From: Desulfobacter sp.
Lineage (GTDB): Bacteria; Desulfobacterota; Desulfobacteria; Desulfobacterales; Desulfobacteraceae
Direction of reading: 5' to 3'
NCBI GenBank assembly: GCA_036881925.1
Contig: JBAJNJ010000004.1
Span: forward strand, 216,100 to 280,099
DNA: 64,000 nucleotides
Shown: positions 17,887-25,469 of the stretch, piece after piece
How the letters are laid out: each line of letters begins with the position of its first letter
Position numbering within the stretch: position 1 is the first letter of the stretch
The notes under the pieces: model-generated
Databases searched by the model: none
What the model saw: only the letters and a program-made list of their open reading frames with translations
Told to the model about the DNA's origin: nothing
Program-made: the position numbers and the translations under genes

Positions 17887-18825
17887 TTATCCGGGAGAAT
17901 AAAACGACCGGAGCGTATCCACGCCGTCTTTCACCGCAGCAGCGGATTCGTCAAGTGCAGCTTTCTCCTCTGTGGTCAGATCCAGTTCAATGATCCGTTC
18001 CACGCCGTTCTTTCCAAGCAGTGCAGGCACTCCCAGAAAAATATCATGATACCCGTATTCGCCCCTCAGGTAAGCGGAAACCGGCACCACCCGCTTTTCG
18101 TCTTTGACAATGGCTTCCACCATTTTTGCCGCAGATGCGCCCGGCGCATAAAAGGCAGATCCCTGCTTGAGCAGTGAAACGATTTCGCCGCCGCCGGTAC
18201 GGGTCCTGGCCACCAGGGATTCGAGAGTTTCCGCATCAATCAACTCGTCCACGGGAATTCCGGCAACCCTTGTATACCGGGAAAGGGGCACCATGCTGTC
18301 GCCATGCCCGCCAAGGACCATGGCCATGACATCCCCGGGCCACACCCCGAGTTTTTCAGCGATGAAATATTTAAACCGGGTGGCGTCAAGCACACCGGCC
18401 ATTCCCATGACGCGCTTCAGGGCAAATCCGGACTCCTGAAGCACTGTCATGGCAATGATGTCCAGGGGATTTGACACAACGATCACAATGGCGTTGGGTG
18501 CATATTCCGCAATGGCCTGGGCAGCGGTCTTTGCAATGCCCACATTGATTTTCATCAGGTCCATCCGGTCCATTCCCGGTTTCCGGGGCAGCCCTGCGGT
18601 CAGTACAACCACATCGGAATCCGCGATATCCTTATAATCATTTGTACCGGAAATATGTACGGAATACTGCCGCATGGGCGCGGCATGGAGGTAGTCCATG
18701 GCCTTGGCCTGGGGAAGCCCCTCCACCACATCCACCATGACGATGTCCGCCAGATTTTTCTCGGCAATATAGTATACGGCAGTGGCCCCCACATGGCCGG
18801 CGCCGATAATGGAAACTTTATGCAT
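17887..18825 (-). CDS. mdh: malate dehydrogenase (LDH-like MDH family)
   Basis: 'KVSIIGAGHVGAT', 'LTAGLPRKPGMDRMDL' (Arg at the substrate-specificity position), 'GVLDATRF' and 'GGHGDSMVP'. Confidence 0.9.
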   Translation of the reverse strand: MHKVSIIGAGHVGATAVYYIAEKNLADIVMVDVVEGLPQAKAMDYLHAAPMRQYSVHISGTNDYKDIADSDVVVLTAGLPRKPGMDRMDLMKINVGIAKTAAQAIAEYAPNAIVIVVSNPLDIIAMTVLQESGFALKRVMGMAGVLDATRFKYFIAEKLGVWPGDVMAMVLGGHGDSMVPLSRYTRVAGIPVDELIDAETLESLVARTRTGGGEIVSLLKQGSAFYAPGASAAKMVEAIVKDEKRVVPVSAYLRGEYGYHDIFLGVPALLGKNGVERIIELDLTTEEKAALDESAAAVKDGVDTLRSFYSPG

Positions 18826-19732
18826 GGTCGGCCTCCTCTATGGTTTGGGTTATGCTTTGGGCGGACCTTTTCAGGATGTCGATTTCATCCGGGGTCAATG
18901 AAGGCGTGACCACTTTTCTGATACCGGTGCGGCCGATGACCGCCGGCAGGGACAGGGCCACATTTTCAATACCGAACTGCCCGTCAAGCACATGGGAAAC
19001 CGACAACACCCTTCCTGTGTCCATGACAATGGCTTCAGCCAGTTCCGCCGCAACCGCTGAGGGGCCGTAATAGGCAGATGCCCGCCCGGCCATCTCGACG
19101 ATCAGCGCACCGGCCTTCCGGGTCTCTTCAAAAAGCTCCCGGACCTTTTCAGGAGAAAGGAAATTCTCAATGGACATACCGGAAACGCAGCAGTAATCCC
19201 GAAGCAGGATCATATCGTCTGTATGCCGTCCCACCACCTGGGCAGCCACATTTTCCATGGAGACCTTTAACTCCCTGGCGATTAAAAACCTCAGCCGGGT
19301 GGCATCCAAAAGCCCCCCCAGCCCAAAGATCTGCCGGGGCGGCAGGGTGGATTTTTCCGCAAACACCGTGGTCAACACATCCATGGGCTCGGAAACAATG
19401 ATCACTTTTGTATCCGGGTTGGTAATTTTCCCGGCATAGGATTCTATGATGTTTCTGTTTTTCTCAAACAACGCATCCCGTTTCATACCGGGTTGCCGGA
19501 CCGCACCTGCCGTGAGGATCACGATATCCGCATCAAGCACCTCTCCAGGGTCGTCCGTTCCATTGATGGTGGTCCGGTATCCCCGGATCGGGGCCGCCTC
19601 CATCATATCCAGGGCCTTTCCCTTGGCCATGCCTTCCTGGACGTCGTAAAGGGTTACATGGTCCACCCCTTTTTCCGCCAGGAAAAAAGCGGTATTGGCA
19701 CCCACGTTACCGCTGCCGATGATTCCAATCAT
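18818..19732 (-). CDS. divergent lactate/malate dehydrogenase family paralog
   Basis: 'IGIIGSGNVGAN', 'LTAGAVRQPGMKRDAL', 'GLLDATRL', and 'VGRHTDDM' in place of GGHGD. Start at M35 has a GGAGG RBS. The gene overlaps the mdh start by 8 nt. Confidence 0.8.
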   Translation of the reverse strand: MIGIIGSGNVGANTAFFLAEKGVDHVTLYDVQEGMAKGKALDMMEAAPIRGYRTTINGTDDPGEVLDADIVILTAGAVRQPGMKRDALFEKNRNIIESYAGKITNPDTKVIIVSEPMDVLTTVFAEKSTLPPRQIFGLGGLLDATRLRFLIARELKVSMENVAAQVVGRHTDDMILLRDYCCVSGMSIENFLSPEKVRELFEETRKAGALIVEMAGRASAYYGPSAVAAELAEAIVMDTGRVLSVSHVLDGQFGIENVALSLPAVIGRTGIRKVVTPSLTPDEIDILKRSAQSITQTIEEADHA

Positions 19733-20056
19733 GAAAGCCTCCTTCCTATATAAAGTATAGTCAACAGAACACTGTGATTTCGCGTCAAAGATAAATATAT
19801 GTATAAGGTTAATGCCTGGATAGAGCCGTGTCAAAACACTTGTCTTCTATTTATAAATCTTTTTGCATAAAAAGGGAAAAAGATTTTTGAATCAGAGCAA
19901 ACACAAGCGACCCGGGAATATTTTTAACCCGTAAGGTTTCAGACACTTGAGATACGCATGGAGGTGATTTTTTGCGTTTTCAACCGTGCTCAACCCGCTA
20001 AAACCATTTACCCCGAATTTTATATGCGTTGACCGGATTTCCTGCCGGACACAGCG

Positions 20057-20725
20057 TTAACGCACCCGGGTTTTTCTCGGTGTCACCCCTTTGCGGGGAC
20101 ATGCGTCTGCAAGCACGCAGCGGGTACAGTGAGGGCCAATAGGGCGGCACATCCCCTGGCCAAAGGCCACCAGGATGCCGTTGACCTCCTTCCAGTGCTT
20201 TCGGGGCAATTTTTTGCGCAAGGCCTTTTCGGTCTGCTCAGGGGTTTTGGTGTTTACGTATCCCCAGATGTTCATGATTCTGTGCACATGGGTATCCACA
20301 CAGATGGCATCCTTGTCAAAGGCGACAGCCATCACGAGATTGGCTGTTTTCCGGCCGACCCCGGGCAGGGTGACCAGTTCCTCTATGGTATCCGGCACTT
20401 TGCCGCCAAAGGCGCTGAGAGCTTCAGGCAAAGCAGCCAGGTAACCGGCTTTGGACTTATAAAATCCCACCGGAAAGATCAGCTCCCGGATGCGCTCCCG
20501 GGAAAGGCGGGCAAGGCTGCCCACGTCAGGGGCTTCCCTGAAAAGCCGCTCTGATGCTGCAGAGGTGACTTCATCCTTGGTTCTGGCCGATAAGATGGTG
20601 GCCACCAATACTTTAAAAGGAGACCGGGTCTGAACCGCTATCAGGTCCACAACCGGCACCTGGTAGCCGGCAACCTCCTGTTTCAGGGTTTCGATAAATC
20701 GGGTAATATTCACCGCCATGGGCAC
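20057..20725 (-). CDS. nth: endonuclease III
   Basis: HhH-GPD domain ('LPGVGRKTANLV', 'VDTHVHR') and a C-terminal Cys-x6-Cys-x2-Cys-x5-Cys [4Fe-4S] motif ('CRPIGPHCTRCVLADAC'). Confidence 0.92.
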   Translation of the reverse strand: MPMAVNITRFIETLKQEVAGYQVPVVDLIAVQTRSPFKVLVATILSARTKDEVTSAASERLFREAPDVGSLARLSRERIRELIFPVGFYKSKAGYLAALPEALSAFGGKVPDTIEELVTLPGVGRKTANLVMAVAFDKDAICVDTHVHRIMNIWGYVNTKTPEQTEKALRKKLPRKHWKEVNGILVAFGQGMCRPIGPHCTRCVLADACPRKGVTPRKTRVR

Positions 20726-20782
20726 TCCGGATATTGTCTTGTTCGTAACAGGTTTATCATTTCAGTTTCAGTGTGCCCCGGC

Positions 20783-21601
20783 TTACCCCTTCATGGGGTG
20801 ATCACCCGGATCAAGGATCTCCTGGAATCCCTCCAGGTTGAGATCAAGTGAACGATGAAAGCAGAGCATATTCAGGGATACGATCTTTCCATAGATATTT
20901 TCTTTGTTTTTTGCATAATTTTCCGGATTGAACAGGGGAGTCGGATGCCAGAAAAGCCTGTAATCCAGCTCAAGGATCTTTTCAATCAGGGCCCTGGACC
21001 GGTCGGGCTTGTCATTTTCCACATATAAAAAGGGGTGGTGGCGCCTGATCGTCTCTTCGGCCCCCTCAATAACCTCACGCTCCATACCTTCCACGTCGAT
21101 TTTGATAAGTTTGAGATGGGGCAGGTCCAACAGTTCGTCAAGGGGTGCGACCTGTGTCTTCACCCCGGATGTAAACGGCTTGACCTGGAATCCGCCGTGG
21201 TTGGCCGGCAAATCATACCGGATGTCGGGAATACGTGTATGGCCGGTACTGGAAGAGACCACCATCTGGCTGCACTCGACATTTTCAATGCTGTTGATGG
21301 CCATATTGGCGCAAAGGGATTGAAAGACCACCCGCTGGGGTTCATATGCGTAGACCCGGCCGGTCTTCCCGACCAACCCTGAAAATACAAGGGTATGCGC
21401 CCCGATATTGGCCCCGATGTCAACCACCCTGTCGCCGGATTCGCAAAGCTGGCGGAACAGGGCGGCTTCCCCTTCAGAGAACTCCCCGTAAGCGTCAAAA
21501 GACCTGCCGATATAAGTGTCGTTTTTATTATACAACATATACCCGTACCGGGCTTTGACGATGCAGTTGTAACCGCTGCCTTCCAGAATTTTTTTAAACA
21601 T
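20783..21601 (-). CDS. FkbM-family methyltransferase
   Basis: 'VVDIGANIGAHTLVFS...VYAYEP' and 'LKLIKIDVEGMEREVIEGA' are FkbM signatures. Start at 'MFKKILEG' has an AAGGAGAG RBS. Confidence 0.8.
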   Translation of the reverse strand: MFKKILEGSGYNCIVKARYGYMLYNKNDTYIGRSFDAYGEFSEGEAALFRQLCESGDRVVDIGANIGAHTLVFSGLVGKTGRVYAYEPQRVVFQSLCANMAINSIENVECSQMVVSSSTGHTRIPDIRYDLPANHGGFQVKPFTSGVKTQVAPLDELLDLPHLKLIKIDVEGMEREVIEGAEETIRRHHPFLYVENDKPDRSRALIEKILELDYRLFWHPTPLFNPENYAKNKENIYGKIVSLNMLCFHRSLDLNLEGFQEILDPGDHPMKG

Positions 21602-21934
21602 GCCGGGTCTCTCCTTTGCCGCCGATTTTACTTTCAGGCATCTCTTGCCGATCTTTAGTGTTTTAGAGGGCGCTGGGGGTAAAGTCAAGTCAGGTTTAGA
21701 CTGGTGGACGCATCTGGTTTAGGAGCCGCTGAATACAGGTTCAGTGCGGGCCGAAATAAAATCGGTCAATGTGAACCAGGTAAGATTACACACGATTTCC
21801 ATGGTTTTTGCTTGACCCCCTGTGCCATCTTTGTTTTTATATAGCAAAGCAAGAGCAGCAAATCCGTCTGCAGGATAATCAGAATGTTCTTTCTTTCTTG
21901 AAACAGACCCGAATATAACAGGCGATGTAATGTA

Positions 21935-22564
21935 ATGAATAAAGACATTTACGAACAGATAAAGAGTCGCATCCTATCCATGGTATATAAACCTGGAGAA
22001 ATACTCAACGAACAGAAACTGGCAAAGGATTTCGGCGTCAGCCGCACTCCCTTGCGCGAGGTTCTGACACGGCTGGAATGGGAAAAGCTGGTCAGGGTGC
22101 TGCCCAGGACCGGCTCCATGGTCACGGAGATCGAATTCCGGAAAATGATCAATGTATTCCAGATTCGCTTTGAAATCGAAGACCTGGCCGGTCGGCTGGC
22201 CGCTGAAAACATCACCCCGGAGCAGCTTGACCAGATCATTGCACTCAAAGAGGAATGCCAGCAGTTCACAGAGGAAATGGACCGCACCGACCTGGCGAAA
22301 ATCGACAGGAAATTAAGGCAGATCGTTTACAAAGCAGCCAACAACAACACGCTCACCGAAATCTCCGATTTTCTTCACAGCCAGACCCAGCGGCTGTGGT
22401 TCATCATGTTCGAACGGGGAAATCGAACCGAAGAGCTTAACGCCATTATCGATGAGATTGAACGGACCCATGAGACCCTGTCAGCCGGTGATCCAAGAGA
22501 GGCCGGCAGAAACCGCCGCCGGATGCTCAACGGACATGTACAGCGTATCAAAGGCAGACTCTGA
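21935..22564 (+). CDS. GntR-family transcriptional regulator (FadR/FCD subfamily)
   Basis: 'PGEILNEQKLAKDFGVSRTPLREVLTRLEWEKLV' is the HTH, followed by an all-helical FCD-like C-terminal domain. Confidence 0.88.
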   Translation: MNKDIYEQIKSRILSMVYKPGEILNEQKLAKDFGVSRTPLREVLTRLEWEKLVRVLPRTGSMVTEIEFRKMINVFQIRFEIEDLAGRLAAENITPEQLDQIIALKEECQQFTEEMDRTDLAKIDRKLRQIVYKAANNNTLTEISDFLHSQTQRLWFIMFERGNRTEELNAIIDEIERTHETLSAGDPREAGRNRRRMLNGHVQRIKGRL

Positions 22565-22786
22565 CACTGTACTGCTTTTAGGCAACAGCACCTGCGATGT
22601 GCCCCGTAAACCGGGAGTCCCCTTTTTCCCCACCTTTGTGCCCGGCACCGCTTTCCATGTCTGCCAAACCACAGCGCACATTGAAACCGGTAAATACCGG
22701 CACCATTGAGAAAAAAGACAACGCAATTCCGGGCGGACGGTACTGATATTTCGCCGATGCGCGATGGCCCAAAAAAGGAAACGGAT

Positions 22787-23461
22787 ATGAAAGAACAAAC
22801 ACCCAGTTGTGCCCGGTGCGCATTTCCGGTTTCAGACCGGCTCTGCAACATCCCTGAGGGCCACGCCCCCCCGGGATGCCCTACAGGCGAACACCCCGGG
22901 CTTTGTGAAACGGCATTAAAAGAATATGAGGCGCCCGAGATCCACACCTTTGCCAGAATGGCGTCAATCCAGGAAGGTGAAGGATACGGCCGGAAAAACC
23001 TGGGGGTCGACCACATGATTCCGATAAAGCCCCGGATCCTTGAAATTTCTGAATTTGCCGGCAAAATGGGTTATAAAAAACTTGGCCTGGCCTTTTGCAT
23101 GGGACTTTGGAAAGAAGCAAAAATCGTGGAAGATGTTTACGCCGCCAATGGGTTTTCCGTAACTTCCGTGATCTGTAAGGCAGGCCGGGCATCAAAGGAC
23201 AATCTGGAAATCATGGATGACCAGAAAGTGGAGATAGGGTCGGACGAAGCCATGTGCAACCCGATCTTTCAGGCCATGATTCTGAACCGGGAACACACAG
23301 AACTGAATATCGTCATGGGATTATGCGTGGGGCACGATTCCCTGTTTTTCAAGTACGCAGATGCGCCATGCACCGTACTTGCCGCCAAAGACCGCCTTCT
23401 GGGGCACAATCCTTTGGCTGCCGTCTACAATATTGACAGTTATTACAGGGCACTGAAATAA
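22787..23461 (+). CDS. DUF1847-family metal-binding protein
   Basis: N-terminal Cys cluster 'CARCAFPVSDRLC...PPGCP', then a conserved body ending 'VLAAKDRLLGHNPLAAVY'. This is my recollection of the DUF1847 architecture. Start at 'MKEQTPSC' has an AAGGAAA RBS. Confidence 0.65.
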   Translation: MKEQTPSCARCAFPVSDRLCNIPEGHAPPGCPTGEHPGLCETALKEYEAPEIHTFARMASIQEGEGYGRKNLGVDHMIPIKPRILEISEFAGKMGYKKLGLAFCMGLWKEAKIVEDVYAANGFSVTSVICKAGRASKDNLEIMDDQKVEIGSDEAMCNPIFQAMILNREHTELNIVMGLCVGHDSLFFKYADAPCTVLAAKDRLLGHNPLAAVYNIDSYYRALK

Positions 23462-23494
23462 GCCCCGGTCTCCCGGTGAATCAGCCTTTTGATT

Positions 23495-23806
23495 TCAGGG
23501 CTTGATTTCGCCCTGGATGGTATTTGCCCCGTGTCCCAGGTGGGTGAGCATGGCATTGGCAATCCGCATTTCAGAGGCTGCGGTGTTGTAATCGTGGCTT
23601 TGGGTCAGGCCGTTGGCAATGTGGCGGACCAGATCGGCCAAAAGTTCCCCCCAGGCCTCCCGCTCGTCAATATCGTTATCCGACGCCTGCTCCCACATGC
23701 CCAGCAGCATGGAAACCTGGATATCCTTATTGCCGATCCACACCCGGAGCATTTCCAGGGCGTTGGGATCGCCTTTTATCCCTTCGGGAATGGGTAGTTC
23801 ACTCAT
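23495..23806 (-). CDS. hypothetical protein (103 aa; possibly DUF5076-like)
   Basis: Start at 'MSELPIPEG' has an AAGGAAAG RBS. Acidic protein. The family assignment is tentative. Confidence 0.45.
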   Translation of the reverse strand: MSELPIPEGIKGDPNALEMLRVWIGNKDIQVSMLLGMWEQASDNDIDEREAWGELLADLVRHIANGLTQSHDYNTAASEMRIANAMLTHLGHGANTIQGEIKP

Positions 23807-23864
23807 AATTCTTTCCTTTTGTATCATACATTGTGTATATCGCACCTGCCCCGGAGGAACGCAA

Positions 23865-24557
23865 TCAGAACAAGGTGGTGACCAGGTAATATGCCAGGGG
23901 CAGGAAAATGGCCGGCAGCATATTTCCCACGGCGATTTTCTTTTCCCTGAGAATGTTCAGGCCGATGGCCAGGATCAACAGGCCTCCGGTGGCCGACATC
24001 TGGGCCACAACCGCCGGTATCAGAAAAGGCTTCATGATCCCGGCCGCCAATGTGATTGCCCCCTGGTAGACCAGGACCGCACCGGCAGAGAACATAACCC
24101 CGAATCCCAGGGACGCCGTAAGGATAATGGAGGTGATCCCATCCAGAAACGCCTTGGCAAACAAGGTATCATGGTTGCCGGTCAGTCCGCTTTCAAGCGA
24201 TCCCACAATGGCCATGGACCCCACACAATACAGCAGGGACGCCGTGACAAATGCGGTGGAAAGGCTTGTCTTACCGGTTGTGGGCTTTGCAAACTTTTTC
24301 TCCAGGAAATCCCCCAGCCGCTTGAGATAGGCTTCAATACCTATGAACTCGCCGATCAGGGCCCCGGCTGCCAGGCTGATAATAATGATGAGCAGGTCGC
24401 TTGATCCCAGGGCGCTTTTAATCCCGATGAGCATGATGGACAGGGCAACAGCCTGCATCACGGTCTGATTATAGCGCTCCGGGATTCCGTTTTTGAACAG
24501 CATCCCGACCAGGGCACCGGCAATGATGGCCAGGCAGTTGACAAAGGTTCCCAGCAT
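23865..24557 (-). CDS. DUF554-family membrane protein (YdfK/YqgA-like)
   Basis: 'MLGTFVNCLAIIAGALVGMLFKNGIPERY...' and a polytopic membrane profile typical of DUF554. Confidence 0.8.
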   Translation of the reverse strand: MLGTFVNCLAIIAGALVGMLFKNGIPERYNQTVMQAVALSIMLIGIKSALGSSDLLIIIISLAAGALIGEFIGIEAYLKRLGDFLEKKFAKPTTGKTSLSTAFVTASLLYCVGSMAIVGSLESGLTGNHDTLFAKAFLDGITSIILTASLGFGVMFSAGAVLVYQGAITLAAGIMKPFLIPAVVAQMSATGGLLILAIGLNILREKKIAVGNMLPAIFLPLAYYLVTTLF

Positions 24558-24599
24558 AACAGATTCACTGATTTTTAAAAGTTGGTAAAAGAGGCCGGG

Positions 24600-24632
24600 C
24601 TGCAGGCCTGTATGGATCGATCGGGCCTGCAG
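24600..24632 (-). terminator. hairpin downstream of purQ (terminator candidate)
   Basis: CTGCAGGCC (24600-24608) pairs with GGCCTGCAG (24624-24632). On the minus strand it is followed, after a short spacer, by CTCTTTT. Confidence 0.4.
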
Positions 24633-24644
24633 TGTTCCGGAATA

Positions 24645-25469
24645 TCAGAAAAATGTCTCTTTAATGTAGGCGACCCCGTTTTCAAAGAGCCGGATGCCGG
24701 TGACCACGCCTTCACCGGGGGTATTGCCCTGGCGTTTGGCCACTTCTTTTGCCCGGGGCCAGTCCGGATGATTGGTAAAGTGATTGTAGGCTTCCGGGTG
24801 GGGCATGAGGCCGAATATCCGGCCTGTGGGATCACAGATACCCGCGATATCCTCCAGCGCGCCGTTGGGGTTGGCCGGGAAAGCCCCCTGTGCCGGATTT
24901 CCCTGGGCATCTGCATACCGGAACACCACCTGGTTGTTGTCCACAAGGGTCTGGATGACATCGGGATCTGCCACCACCTTGCCTTCACCGTGGCGCACCG
25001 GGTATTCCGTCCGGTCCAGCCCACGGGTGAACACGCAGGGGCTTTGGGAATCGGCTGCCAGGCAGACCCACTGGTCCCGGAAATTACCGCAGTCGTTAAA
25101 GGTAATGGCCACGGAACGCCGGGTGTAATCATTGTCAAGGCCGGGAAGCAACCCCAGGTTGACCAGGGCCTGGAACCCGTTGCAGATACCGATGACCAAT
25201 TTACCGGAGGTCACAAAATCAAGCAGATCCCTGCCGATATTATTTTTCAGCTTCAGGGCCTGGATCACCCCCGCACCGTGGTCGTCACCCCATGAAAACC
25301 CGCCGCCAAAAGCCAGGATATGAAAGTCTTTGAGACATGTATCCCCGGCAATCAATGTATTGATATGCACTCTTTGGGCTTCGGCCCCGGCCATTTCAAA
25401 CGCCAGGGCGGTTTCATTGTCGCAATTTAAACCAAAACCGGTTAAAATCAGTGCCTTCACCTTGCTCAT
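24645..25469 (-). CDS. purQ: phosphoribosylformylglycinamidine synthase, glutamine amidotransferase subunit
   Basis: 'GICNGFQALVNLGLLPG' (catalytic Cys) and 'HGEGK...MPHPE' form the class I GATase triad. It overlaps the purL stop by 4 nt. Confidence 0.9.
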   Translation of the reverse strand: MSKVKALILTGFGLNCDNETALAFEMAGAEAQRVHINTLIAGDTCLKDFHILAFGGGFSWGDDHGAGVIQALKLKNNIGRDLLDFVTSGKLVIGICNGFQALVNLGLLPGLDNDYTRRSVAITFNDCGNFRDQWVCLAADSQSPCVFTRGLDRTEYPVRHGEGKVVADPDVIQTLVDNNQVVFRYADAQGNPAQGAFPANPNGALEDIAGICDPTGRIFGLMPHPEAYNHFTNHPDWPRAKEVAKRQGNTPGEGVVTGIRLFENGVAYIKETFF

